64,000 bases of DNA, taken from Deltaproteobacteria bacterium. Lineage in GTDB: Bacteria > Myxococcota > Kuafuiibacteriia > Kuafuiibacteriales > Kuafuiibacteriaceae. Location of the stretch: assembly GCA_040218735.1 (NCBI GenBank), contig JAVJQW010000042.1, positions 256,001 through 320,000 on the forward strand. The letters are read 5' to 3'. Made by a program: the position numbers and the translations under genes. Positions 37,047 to 46,503 of the stretch are shown here, piece after piece. Within the stretch, counting starts at the first letter, position 1, and the number at the start of each line of letters is the position of its first letter. A model generated the notes under the pieces. That model made no database searches and was not told where the DNA came from. It saw nothing but the letters and a program-made list of their open reading frames with translations.

Positions 37047-38153
37047 CTACGCAGGGGGGTTCGCTTCCAGAGCGGCCCGACGATCCTCGTTGTCGGCGAC
37101 GCGATAGAACCTCTGGCTCGGCAGTGGCACCTTCATCCGCGCGATGGCGCGCGGGGCCTCGTCGCTGGCGGGGCCGTCGGCGTCGCGCACCACGAACACC
37201 GCGAGCGCACGCGCGTCGTCCGGGAGGTCCGACAGGTCGAACGTCGCCGTGCCCGACTCACAGCCCGCGGCCATCGCGAGGTACGCGCGCGGCTTCGGGA
37301 GATCTTGGGTCGCGAGGTAGTCGCCGACGCACTTGCCCTTGCCGTCGAGCGCCCGGATGACGACGCGACTCCCGGCGGGGGCGTCGATGTCCACGCGGCC
37401 TCGGTCGTTCTCGAACCACAACACACCCTTGTTCTCGTCGCCCGCGCAGATGTCGCGCCCGCCGATGTTGTCGTTGGACAGCGGCACCGAGAACCCGCCT
37501 TCGAACGAGTAGTCGTGGTTGCGCTGCGCCGTGCGCTTCATGAACACGAGCGGCGCGGCGAACGTCGGCGTCTCGCGGTTCCGGAACGTGAGGCCGATGC
37601 CGTCCTTCTCGTACTTCACGCTCACGTCGCGTCCGAAGTAGGTCTTCAGGAGGTTCGGCATCGCCTTCTGCTCTTCGGAGGTCAGCGCGTCCCATGCGTC
37701 CGTCACCGCGCGCAGATGCACGAGGTCCGTCTCGCCGTCGCGGTTCTCGAGCGACGTCTCGGCGATGCGCTTCGCAAGCGCGCGCAGATCCGCGTCACCG
37801 TCGCTGCAGGGCCGGACGTCCTCCCAACGCACCGACGCGAAGTTCCAGTCCGACCAGATGCGGTCGAGATCGTCGAGCGGCGTCGTGAGGTCCGTGAAGA
37901 GCGGCGCCATGCGCAGCTCCCCCTTCGTGAGGTTCTCGCCGTTGCGACACTTGATCCAATCCTTCAGCCACTGGCCCTCGTAGTGGTTGCTCGCGTTGTC
38001 CTTGTAGCCGTGTCCGCCGCGGTCCGGTCGGTTCATGTCCATCGCATCGGTGCGCGCGACGAAGCGCGCCCAGTCTTGTCTGCAGATGTCCGTGTCCGCC
38101 GGCAGCGCCGCTTCCATCGTCTTGTGTGAAACTCGGTAGTTCGTGTAGTCCAT
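37047..38153 (-). CDS. Hypothetical protein
   Basis: ATG 38153 with GGAGGGAG RBS; good coding frame; no family recognised. Confidence 0.65.
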   Translation of the reverse strand: MDYTNYRVSHKTMEAALPADTDICRQDWARFVARTDAMDMNRPDRGGHGYKDNASNHYEGQWLKDWIKCRNGENLTKGELRMAPLFTDLTTPLDDLDRIWSDWNFASVRWEDVRPCSDGDADLRALAKRIAETSLENRDGETDLVHLRAVTDAWDALTSEEQKAMPNLLKTYFGRDVSVKYEKDGIGLTFRNRETPTFAAPLVFMKRTAQRNHDYSFEGGFSVPLSNDNIGGRDICAGDENKGVLWFENDRGRVDIDAPAGSRVVIRALDGKGKCVGDYLATQDLPKPRAYLAMAAGCESGTATFDLSDLPDDARALAVFVVRDADGPASDEAPRAIARMKVPLPSQRFYRVADNEDRRAALEANPPA

Positions 38154-38265
38154 TTGGTTCTCCCTCCGTGTGTAGAGGTCTTCGTCAGGACCGCACAGGA
38201 CGGTGCCCGGTCGCCCGGGGCATCGCGCCTTGATCACGATCAAGACGCTCGCTAAACGCGATGAT

Positions 38266-38928
38266 GTGGGGATCGTCGAAGTGTTCGAAGCCGCCCGCCG
38301 CGGTCCGGAAGCCGCAGAGGCGACGCACGACGGGCGTTCGCTCACGACGCGCGCGGATCAGCTGATCTACGTCGAGCTCGATCCACCGAGCGAGGTCTAC
38401 CTGCTGACGCGCGGGTGGGTTCAGCTCTTCGTCGGCGACGGCAAACAGAGACAAACGTCCCTCTTCCTGCGCGCGCCGGCGTTGTTCGGGGACCGCGACG
38501 TCATTGCGGGGTGCGCCATCACGCACGAGTCGGCGCGGAGTGTGTCGTCCGCGAACCTGCTGTGTTTTTCGCGCGAGTCGCTCGAAGAGGCGTACGCCGC
38601 CGACCGGGACTTCGCGGACGCGCTCCACCGTGACCTCGTCGTTCGCTACGCACGCTCGCTCACGTTCTCGAGCTTTCGTGCGATGAACCTCGAGAACCGT
38701 GTCTTGTGGATCCTCTGGGAGCTCGGATCCACGACGCTGCCGACCTACGAGACACTCGCGCTGCTCACCGACGCATCACAGAAGTCCGTCGGCCGCGCGG
38801 TGAAGGCGCTGCAGGACGACGGGCGCCTCGAGCTCCGCGCGGAACGACAGCTCGTCGTTTCGCAGCAGACCTGGGACGAGCTCGGCGCGCCCGAGTCACT
38901 CGGGCTCTTCCACAGCATCGGGCACTGA
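38266..38928 (+). CDS. Crp/Fnr-family transcriptional regulator
   Basis: VYLLTRGWVQL..LFGD cNMP-like barrel; TYETLALLTDASQKSVGRAVKAL HTH. Start uncertain. Confidence 0.75.
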   Translation: MGIVEVFEAARRGPEAAEATHDGRSLTTRADQLIYVELDPPSEVYLLTRGWVQLFVGDGKQRQTSLFLRAPALFGDRDVIAGCAITHESARSVSSANLLCFSRESLEEAYAADRDFADALHRDLVVRYARSLTFSSFRAMNLENRVLWILWELGSTTLPTYETLALLTDASQKSVGRAVKALQDDGRLELRAERQLVVSQQTWDELGAPESLGLFHSIGH

Positions 38929-39654
38929 GCACACGCGGATGAGCGGCGCGTCCGTCGGGCCGACGACGAGCGCCGCGACGCCTTCGCGGTCGACCACCGC
39001 CAAGCCGTGGTTCGAGAGCTCGACGAGCCCCGCCTTCTGCCACGCCTTGAGGAGTCGGTTCACGGTCTCGGGCCGAACGCCGACCGCCTGCGCGAGCTCG
39101 ACCTGCCGGATCGGAATCGTGCGACCGTCGTGGTCGTCCTCGACGTCCTCGAAGACCTGCAGCAGACAGGTGAGGTAGCGTGCGCAGCTCTCGGCGGGTT
39201 TGAGCGACGGCTCGTAGCGCCAGGTCTCGATCGCGCCGAGGAACCGGTGGCTGAGCTCGAGGTAGAGGCGTCGCGTCAGCGCGAGGTAGCGCGAGATCAG
39301 CGCGACGAAGTTCTTCTTCGAGAGGCCGAGCGCGAGCACGCGTGTGATGGCCACGCCCGTACCGGACCACGGCTTGCCCGCGATGACCTGCGCCTCGCCG
39401 AGGAACGACGGCGCCGCGAGGATCGCCGCGACCGGCCCCCGCGTCTCACCGCTCCTCGGGTACTCGACCTGGATGGCGCCCGAGAGGATCACGAACACCT
39501 GCGTGGCGGTCTCACCGCTCGTGTAGAGCGTCTCGCCTCGCTCCACGTGGATCTCGGCGGCGGTCTCGACGATGTGTTTCAGCGCGTCGTCGTCGAGGTC
39601 GCAGAAGATCGGGTGACGACCGAGGGCCGTCGCGAGCGCGTCGATCCGTGACAC
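38896..39654 (-). CDS. Crp/Fnr-family transcriptional regulator
   Basis: HPIFCDL, GETLY..GE..VFVILSG, FLGE; RQVELAQAVGVRPETVNRLL HTH. Confidence 0.85.
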   Translation of the reverse strand: MSRIDALATALGRHPIFCDLDDDALKHIVETAAEIHVERGETLYTSGETATQVFVILSGAIQVEYPRSGETRGPVAAILAAPSFLGEAQVIAGKPWSGTGVAITRVLALGLSKKNFVALISRYLALTRRLYLELSHRFLGAIETWRYEPSLKPAESCARYLTCLLQVFEDVEDDHDGRTIPIRQVELAQAVGVRPETVNRLLKAWQKAGLVELSNHGLAVVDREGVAALVVGPTDAPLIRVCSVPDAVEEPE

Positions 39655-39655
39655 C

Positions 39656-41638
39656 TCAGCGCGCCTTCGGCGTGAAGCTGTCGAGGTCGCGGCGGAGCGC
39701 TACGGGGTCGTCGCCGTCGCGCGCGTCGAGGGGGCGCGGCGCGAGGAGCCCGGTCGTCTCGGCGGCGCGGATCAGCTTGGCGTCGAGCTCGGGATCGAAG
39801 GGCACGATTCCGGGTCGGTCGAGGTCCATGCACTGCAACGTGCAGGCGGTGATGCCGATGCTCGTGACCTGGAATCGGTCCGCCCACATGTCGTCGGTGA
39901 GGTTCGGCGGTTGGCCCTCCGTGAGGAGGTGGATCCGCGTGTCGCCGATCGTCAGCGCTAGGTCCGGCGTCGGCTCGCGGCGCTCGCGGGTGCGCGTGAC
40001 CTCTTGGTGGGTAGCCGCCTTGCGGAGCGCCGCAGTGTCGACGCCCTTGCCGCCCGACGTCAGCGGGATCACGACGAGCTCCTCGGCGTAGTCGTGGGCG
40101 GTCTTCACGTCGAAACCGACGCCGGGCGTCGCGACGAACAGCACACCCTTGTCTTCCCGTCGGTCGGGGGCGTCGTCGGCGTGGCGCGTCGAGAACCCGA
40201 GCGACTCCGCGCGAGCGAGCACCTCCGGGTCGACGTCGATGATCGTGATCTTCGAGCGGTCCATCCCGAATGCGTCGAGCGCATCGACCACCGCCTGTCC
40301 GAGCAGACCGGCGCCCTTCACGAACACCGGTACGTCGCCGATGCGCTCGCCCAGCTTCTCGCGCGCCTCGCGCGCGCCGATCAGCGCGTACTGCTCGCCG
40401 AGGAAGGTCGCCTCCAGCGCCTTGATGCGGCTGCCCGCGAAGTCCACGCCCCACACGTGGTCCTTCACCGCGCCGAGCGCATCGACGTCGTCGCGGTTGT
40501 GCACGATCGCGCGCACCGCGCCGTTCGTGACGGCGTCGGGGAGCTCCTCGCCGAGTGACTTCAGCCAGGCGCCGCCCTTGTCGAGCACCATCGTGTCGCC
40601 GCCCCACGTCGACCAGCCGCTGAGGATCGCGTGGTCGAGGAAGCCGCCGACCGTGTAGTTTCGGTGGCGTCGTGGGTCGGCGTAGAGCTTCTCTTCGTCC
40701 GTGTGGGCGCTGAACGAAGCGTCGAGCCCTTCGAGGGCCAGGACACTCTTGGCTTCGGCGCAGCCCGTGCGGTTCGAAAGCCAGGTCACGACTTGGTCCG
40801 CCCCGAACGCACGCAGGCCGGGGAGGAGCGAGGTCATCGCCCACGTGGGGTGGCCGTTGTAGAGCAGCTTGGTCTTGGAGAGCACGTCGCCGTCGGCAGG
40901 GATCGCGAAGTGGTCGTCGAGGATCGTCATCGCCTCCGACCAGTAGTCGCCGAACAGCCCGAGCGACTGCATCGTGTCGAGCGTCGCGCGCCCGACGTCG
41001 GTGCTTCGCTTCGGGTGTTCGTGGAGGAGGCCCAGCATTAGTCGCCCCGTCTTCTGTCGGCTCGCGCTCCCGACGCGCTTGGCCCACCCGCGGAGCGCGG
41101 TGCGTTCGTGGTCGTCGAACTCCGCGTCGAGGACACGCACGAGGTCGTCCTTCAGACCGACGAGCTGCTGTAGTCGAATGCACGAGTGCATCGGCGGCGC
41201 CGCGGCGTCGACGACCTGGTCCATGCGGACGACGACGTTCGGGAAGAGCACGTCGCTCGGCCACTTGTCGGCGAGGAGGTCGCGGAGCTCGACGTCCGAC
41301 TTGGGGGACGACGACTTCGCGACGACGTCGATGAACGTGTTGTCTCGGTAGCCGAGCCGCGGCGTCTCCAGCTTCGCGGAGGTGATGTGCTCGGCGACCT
41401 CGGGGTCCGCGAGGAGCGCCGCCGTGTGTCGCTCGAGCGTTCCGGGTGCGACGCCGGCCCAGGGGTCGAGCGTCGTGAACGGCATGTCGAAGCGCACCGC
41501 GTTGTAGCCGGCGCGCCCTTCGAGGAAGTCGACGTAGCGGTGGCCGCGCGGCGCGATCTCGACGTCCCGGGACGGCGTCGCGTCCGGGGCGATCGGTCCG
41601 GCCGGCGTGTTCGCCAGGTTGTAGAGGGTCGGCTTCAC
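39656..41638 (-). CDS. Divergent S-adenosylhomocysteine-hydrolase-fold, NAD-binding protein with long N-terminal extension
   Basis: MVLDKGG (cf. ILDDGG), VKGAGLLGQAV..IIDVDP Rossmann motif, FVATPG, HLLTEGQPPNL (cf. LLAEGRLVNL). Confidence 0.55.
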   Translation of the reverse strand: MKPTLYNLANTPAGPIAPDATPSRDVEIAPRGHRYVDFLEGRAGYNAVRFDMPFTTLDPWAGVAPGTLERHTAALLADPEVAEHITSAKLETPRLGYRDNTFIDVVAKSSSPKSDVELRDLLADKWPSDVLFPNVVVRMDQVVDAAAPPMHSCIRLQQLVGLKDDLVRVLDAEFDDHERTALRGWAKRVGSASRQKTGRLMLGLLHEHPKRSTDVGRATLDTMQSLGLFGDYWSEAMTILDDHFAIPADGDVLSKTKLLYNGHPTWAMTSLLPGLRAFGADQVVTWLSNRTGCAEAKSVLALEGLDASFSAHTDEEKLYADPRRHRNYTVGGFLDHAILSGWSTWGGDTMVLDKGGAWLKSLGEELPDAVTNGAVRAIVHNRDDVDALGAVKDHVWGVDFAGSRIKALEATFLGEQYALIGAREAREKLGERIGDVPVFVKGAGLLGQAVVDALDAFGMDRSKITIIDVDPEVLARAESLGFSTRHADDAPDRREDKGVLFVATPGVGFDVKTAHDYAEELVVIPLTSGGKGVDTAALRKAATHQEVTRTRERREPTPDLALTIGDTRIHLLTEGQPPNLTDDMWADRFQVTSIGITACTLQCMDLDRPGIVPFDPELDAKLIRAAETTGLLAPRPLDARDGDDPVALRRDLDSFTPKAR

Positions 41639-41790
41639 CGCAGCCCGCCGATTATAGGGAGCGCGTGGTGGTGTGAGCAGGGGGGCTGTCGCCCCCAACC
41701 TCTCGCATTCGAGGCACGCGACCCACCCCGCGGGTGCGGCGCTCGCGGGGCTTTGTGGTCCCTCGCCCCGGCCCGGTAGAGTTCGAGACG

Positions 41791-44124
41791 ATGCGCCGCT
41801 CGCTCCTCCTCGCCCCCGCGCTCCTGTTCGCCGCGTGCACCGGTGACACCACGATCGACGAGACGACCACCATCGCCGGCGTCGTGATCGACGCCGACAC
41901 GATGACCCCCCTCGCCGACGCGCGGATCACCGCGACGCCTCGGTTGGGCACCGTCATCACCGACGCCACGGGGAGCTTCGAGTTCGAAGGCGCGCGCTAC
42001 GGCACGCTCTACCAGCTCCGCATCGAGAGCCAGGGCTACCAGGACGCGACCGTCAACGTGACGCCGAGCGTGAGCGACGACGAGCCGATCGAAGTGCGCA
42101 TGTCGGTCGTCGTCGCGTGCAGCCCCGGCGCGCGCTCGTGTCTGGTTGGCGCCCAGATCGAGGGCATTCAGACCTGTAACGCGCGCGGCAACGAGTTCAC
42201 CGTCAACGAGTGCCCGACGGCGCAGGTCTGCGACCCCGCGACGATCGCGTGCAGCGTCGCGCACACCCTCACGATCGAAGCGCCCACCGGCGGTGTGATC
42301 ACCTCCCAGCCCGCCGGGCTCAACTGCGGTGTCAGCTGCGAGAAGGCGTTCGTCGCCGGCACGATGGTCACGCTCCGCGCCAACCCCCTCGGCGCGGCGA
42401 CCTTCACGGGGTGGACCGGCGACTGCGCGGCGCAGGGCTCGATGCCGACGTGCACACTCACGATGGACGCCGCCCACACCGCGGGCGCCGCGTTCGACGA
42501 CTTCTCGCTGACCGTCGAGCGGCGCGGTGACGGTGAGGGGGCCGTGACCTCGATGCCCGCCGGGATCGACTGCGGCACGACCTGCACCTCCAACTTCGAC
42601 GAGAACACCACGGTGACGCTCACCGCAGCGCCGACCGCGCCGTCGATCTTCGAGAGCTGGGGCGGCGACTGCAGCGGCGCGTCCCCGACGTGCACCGTGA
42701 CGATCGACGGTAGCAAACGCGCCGTCGCTCGGTTCCAGATACCGCGCTTCCCGCTCGACGTCTCTCTCGCGGGGACCGGCGCCGGCGTCGTCACTTCGAT
42801 GCCCGCCGGGATCGACTGCGGGTCGGAGTGCAGCTTCGACTTCGTGATCGACACGATGGTCACGCTCACCGCCGAGCCGGCGAACGGCTCGACGTTCGAA
42901 GGCTTCGCCGGCGCGTGCACCGGAATGACTTGCACCGTCACGATGGACCAGGCGCGGAGCGTGACCGCGAGCTTCGACGGCATCGCCTACCCGCTCACCG
43001 TCACGAACGGCGGGACGGGCGGCGGCGTCGTGACGTCGATGCCGGGGGGCATCGACTGCGGCGCGACGTGCTCCGCGTCGTACGGCCCGGGGACGGTCGT
43101 CACGCTCACGGCGGCGCCCGCTGCGAACAGCCTGTTCGGCGGGTGGTCGGACGCGTGCGCGGCGCAAGGGACGATGCCGACCTGCGACGTCACGATGGAC
43201 ATGGCGCAGTCGGTCGGCGCGCAGTTCGACATCAACGCGGTCGCGCTCACCGTCAACGTGAGCGGCGGCGGGCGGATCGTGTCGACGCCCGTCGGGATCG
43301 ACTGCCCGGGTGACTGCGACGAAGCGTTCACGCCGGGCACGATGGTGACGCTGGACGCGACCGCCAACCCGGGGAGCGGCTTCGCGGCCTGGCAGGGCGA
43401 CTGCGCGGGGAGCGGCGCGAGCTGCATGATCACCGCGATGGCCGGGAGCGCCGCGACGGCGGAGTTCCTCCCGTCGACCGAGCTGCCGCTCGTCGCCGAC
43501 GGGTCGTGCACGACGCTCTACCACTTCGACGGCGCGCAGCCTTACAGCTCCGCGTGTGGCGCGGGGGGCCCGGCTTCGATCGTCGGGACGTATGCGGTGG
43601 CGGCGTCGCGGAACACGTATCTTCAGGACGCGCTCGACGCGGGCGGCGCGACCGAGGAGGCCTGGATCGACACCGTGGCGACGGGGCCCGCTCCGCCGAA
43701 CGCGACGGTGGAGATGACGGTGCGCAAGGACGGTCCGGCCTTCGACGGGCGGACCCGGGGCACGCTCTACGCCGACTACGACACCACCGACCCGAACCGC
43801 GTCGGCTTCTCGCTCGTGGTGGTCGACGACGGGACGCTCGTCGCCCAGACCCGCAACGCTGCGCAACAGACCACGACCGCGAGCACCGCGGTGGGTCAAC
43901 TCACCGATGGGGTGTGGTATCACGTCAGCGCGACCATCAGTGATACGGGAGGGCTCGCGTTGTTCGTCGACGGAGTGGAGGTTGCGCGCACGGCCGGAGC
44001 GCCGAACTGGACGGCGTCGTCGTCCACGGCGTGGGTAGGCGCCGCCCGAGAGGGCGCCGGCGCGATCGACCGCTTCGACGGCGCGGTCGACGAGCTACGG
44101 GTAAGCAACGTTGTCCGCTACTAG
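41791..44124 (+). CDS. Surface lipoprotein: carboxypeptidase-regulatory-like domain, 5 InlB-B-type repeats, LamG/concanavalin-like domain
   Basis: Lipobox LLFAAC; five TS.P.G..C...C...F/Y repeats; WYHVSAT..LFVDGVE..FDGAVDELRVSN. Confidence 0.85.
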   Translation: MRRSLLLAPALLFAACTGDTTIDETTTIAGVVIDADTMTPLADARITATPRLGTVITDATGSFEFEGARYGTLYQLRIESQGYQDATVNVTPSVSDDEPIEVRMSVVVACSPGARSCLVGAQIEGIQTCNARGNEFTVNECPTAQVCDPATIACSVAHTLTIEAPTGGVITSQPAGLNCGVSCEKAFVAGTMVTLRANPLGAATFTGWTGDCAAQGSMPTCTLTMDAAHTAGAAFDDFSLTVERRGDGEGAVTSMPAGIDCGTTCTSNFDENTTVTLTAAPTAPSIFESWGGDCSGASPTCTVTIDGSKRAVARFQIPRFPLDVSLAGTGAGVVTSMPAGIDCGSECSFDFVIDTMVTLTAEPANGSTFEGFAGACTGMTCTVTMDQARSVTASFDGIAYPLTVTNGGTGGGVVTSMPGGIDCGATCSASYGPGTVVTLTAAPAANSLFGGWSDACAAQGTMPTCDVTMDMAQSVGAQFDINAVALTVNVSGGGRIVSTPVGIDCPGDCDEAFTPGTMVTLDATANPGSGFAAWQGDCAGSGASCMITAMAGSAATAEFLPSTELPLVADGSCTTLYHFDGAQPYSSACGAGGPASIVGTYAVAASRNTYLQDALDAGGATEEAWIDTVATGPAPPNATVEMTVRKDGPAFDGRTRGTLYADYDTTDPNRVGFSLVVVDDGTLVAQTRNAAQQTTTASTAVGQLTDGVWYHVSATISDTGGLALFVDGVEVARTAGAPNWTASSSTAWVGAAREGAGAIDRFDGAVDELRVSNVVRY
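42262..43470 (+). repeat. Five ~77-80 aa Cys-containing InlB-B-like repeats (coding)
   Basis: Recurrent VTSMPAGIDCG / VTLTA / C(T/D)VTMD units, with DNA-level similarity such as TCGATGCCCGCCGGGATCGACTGCGG. Confidence 0.85.
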
Positions 44125-45280
44125 TCCGACGACCGGAGATCTCATCGGCAAACGCGCCACTGCGGCGATCCATTCGATAGAAGACGCCTCGCTGCGCGAG
44201 CGTGTCCTCCGCGCCGTCGTCATCTGCGACGACGCGCTCGAGACCGTCGACGCCCTGGACCTCGCCCCCTACGAGCTCGACGACGACGGGAGCCCCGACC
44301 TGTCCGTCTGGGAGGCGCTCGCCCCCGACATTCGCAACATCCTCGTCGCGGTGCGCAACACGAGTGAAGAGCTCGCGATGTTGTTCCCGCCGTCGGAGAC
44401 CCCGGAGCCGGACGACTTCGACTTCGAGCTCGTGCTCGACGAGGACGGCCTGCCCGAGCCCATCCGCGACACGCGGGACATCGAGCTCGACGCGCTCGTC
44501 GAGGGGAACCCGAACGAAGAGGTGGGGGCGTCGATCGCGGTGCTCGCGTCGATGCTCCGGAGCGACATCGTCCAGTTCGGCACGCGCCTGCGGAACCCGC
44601 GGGTGACGGCGGATCGGTGGTTCCTGCTCGGGGAGCTCCAGGAGATGCGCTCGAAGTGTTCGCAGTGCCTGACGGCGATCGTCGCTTCGATCATCTCCGC
44701 GTTCACGGAGGCCGACGTCGCCGAGGTCTTGCCGCGGTACGCGAGCGCGACGGCGCGCGCCATCAAGCTGCGGACGCGCGTCGTGGATCTGTCGTTCGAC
44801 GTGAATCGTCTGAACACGGCGCTCGCCGGGAGCGGCGTCGCGCAGGCGTCGGCGGTGCGCACGGCGTTGGCGATGCGGTTGAACGAGTTCGAGAAGAGCG
44901 AGGCGTACCCGGAGCTTCGACCGCAGGACAAACGGTTGCTGATCGACTTCCGGAACAAACTCGCTTCGTACCGGGACATCTCTGCGCAGCGGATGGAGCT
45001 GGTGCGCGACGCGGAGGGGCTGTCGAAGTTCCTCGAGGTGATGCGCGCGATCAACCAGCGCGAGGTGTTGATCGCGAGCGACAAGAGTCGGCTCCAGACG
45101 ATCCGAATGCTCCTCGAGTCGGAGGTCGACCTCGACGAAGTGCAGGAACACCTCGAGGCGATCTACGGTCGGTGGCCGGCGATCGACGACTTCGTTCGGC
45201 TCGGACGCAAGGGCCGCTACGCCGCGGCCGAGGACGTACTCCCGATCGTCCTCGAAGCGCAGGAGAGTCTGCGGGACTGA
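44111..45280 (+). CDS. Hypothetical all-helical protein
   Basis: High-GC3 frame overlapping the upstream stop; no family recognised. Confidence 0.7.
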   Translation: MSATSPTTGDLIGKRATAAIHSIEDASLRERVLRAVVICDDALETVDALDLAPYELDDDGSPDLSVWEALAPDIRNILVAVRNTSEELAMLFPPSETPEPDDFDFELVLDEDGLPEPIRDTRDIELDALVEGNPNEEVGASIAVLASMLRSDIVQFGTRLRNPRVTADRWFLLGELQEMRSKCSQCLTAIVASIISAFTEADVAEVLPRYASATARAIKLRTRVVDLSFDVNRLNTALAGSGVAQASAVRTALAMRLNEFEKSEAYPELRPQDKRLLIDFRNKLASYRDISAQRMELVRDAEGLSKFLEVMRAINQREVLIASDKSRLQTIRMLLESEVDLDEVQEHLEAIYGRWPAIDDFVRLGRKGRYAAAEDVLPIVLEAQESLRD

Positions 45281-45329
45281 GCCTGCGCAGGTTGCCTGGC
45301 CGAGCGCCGTGTGCGACGACGGCGGGGCG

Positions 45330-46496
45330 ATGGATTTCAAGCTCGACGACATCCAGCAGCAGATTCACGACATGACGCAGGACTTCGCGGCGAAGGAGAT
45401 TCGCCCGGTCGCTGCGACGCTCGATGAGGAGCAGCAGTTCCCGGCGGACCTCGTGAAGCGCATGGCCGAGCTGGGCCTCATGGGCATGATGGTCCCCGAA
45501 GAGTGGGGCGGCACCGGCATCGACACGGTGAGTTACGCGATCGCGATCGAGAACATCTCGTGGGGGTGCGCGAGCACAGGCGTGATCATGAGCGTCAACA
45601 ACTCGCTGTACTGCGACCCGGTGTGGAAGTTCGGGACGGACGCGCAGAAGGCAGAGTGGCTCCGTCCGTACGCGTCCGGCGAAAAGCTCGGGTGTTACGG
45701 GCTGACGGAGCCGATGAGCGGCTCGGACGCCTCGCACATGAACACGCGCGCGGAGAAGAAGGGCGACACGTACATCCTCCGCGGGCAGAAGAACTTCATC
45801 ACGAACGGTCCGCAGGCGGACGCGATCGTCGTGTTCGCGGCGACGGATCCCGAGAAGGGCTCGCGCGGTGCGACGGCCTTCGTCGTCCCGCGCGACGCGA
45901 AGGGTTACGTGATCGAGCCGAAGGACAAGAAGCTCGGCATCCGCGGATCCCACTCGTGCACGATCACGTTCGACGAGTGTGAAGTGCCCGAGGCGCAGCG
46001 GCTCGGCGACGAGGGGCAGGGTTTCAAGATCGCGATGGGGACGCTCGACGGTGGGCGCATCGGCATCGCGGCGCAGGCGCTCGGGATCGCGCGAGCGGCG
46101 TACGAAGCGGCGCGTGACTGGTCGCTGGAGCGCAAGGCGTTCGGCGTGCCGATCTCTCAGCACCAGGCGATTCAGTTCAAGCTCGCCGACATGGCGACGC
46201 AGATCGACGCGGCGCGGATGCTCACGTGGCGCGCGGCGTTCTTGAAGGACAAGGGTGTGCGGCACTCGCGCGAGTCAGCGATGGCGAAGCTCTACGCGAG
46301 CGAGGTCGCGATGCGCGTGACGACGGAGGCCGTACAGGTCTTCGGCGGGTACGGCTACGTGACGGAGTACCCGGTCGAACGCCACTTCCGCGACGCGAAG
46401 ATCTGCGAGCTCTACGAGGGCACGTCGGAGATTCAGCGGATCGTCATCGCGGCGAACGTCCTCAAGAGCGGGCCCTTCGGGGCGCTCGGGTACTGA
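45330..46496 (+). CDS. Acyl-CoA dehydrogenase (short/branched-chain type)
   Basis: GLTEPMSGSD, GQKNFITNG, KLGIRGS, GRIGIAAQALG, FGGYGY, LYEGTSEIQR. Confidence 0.95.
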   Translation: MDFKLDDIQQQIHDMTQDFAAKEIRPVAATLDEEQQFPADLVKRMAELGLMGMMVPEEWGGTGIDTVSYAIAIENISWGCASTGVIMSVNNSLYCDPVWKFGTDAQKAEWLRPYASGEKLGCYGLTEPMSGSDASHMNTRAEKKGDTYILRGQKNFITNGPQADAIVVFAATDPEKGSRGATAFVVPRDAKGYVIEPKDKKLGIRGSHSCTITFDECEVPEAQRLGDEGQGFKIAMGTLDGGRIGIAAQALGIARAAYEAARDWSLERKAFGVPISQHQAIQFKLADMATQIDAARMLTWRAAFLKDKGVRHSRESAMAKLYASEVAMRVTTEAVQVFGGYGYVTEYPVERHFRDAKICELYEGTSEIQRIVIAANVLKSGPFGALGY

Positions 46497-46503
46497 CCTC
46501 TCC

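Noticed and set aside
42262-43470. ~235-bp repeats as a possible mobile or diversity-generating element
   Set aside because: They are in-frame InlB-B-type protein repeats, with no reverse transcriptase or recombinase nearby.
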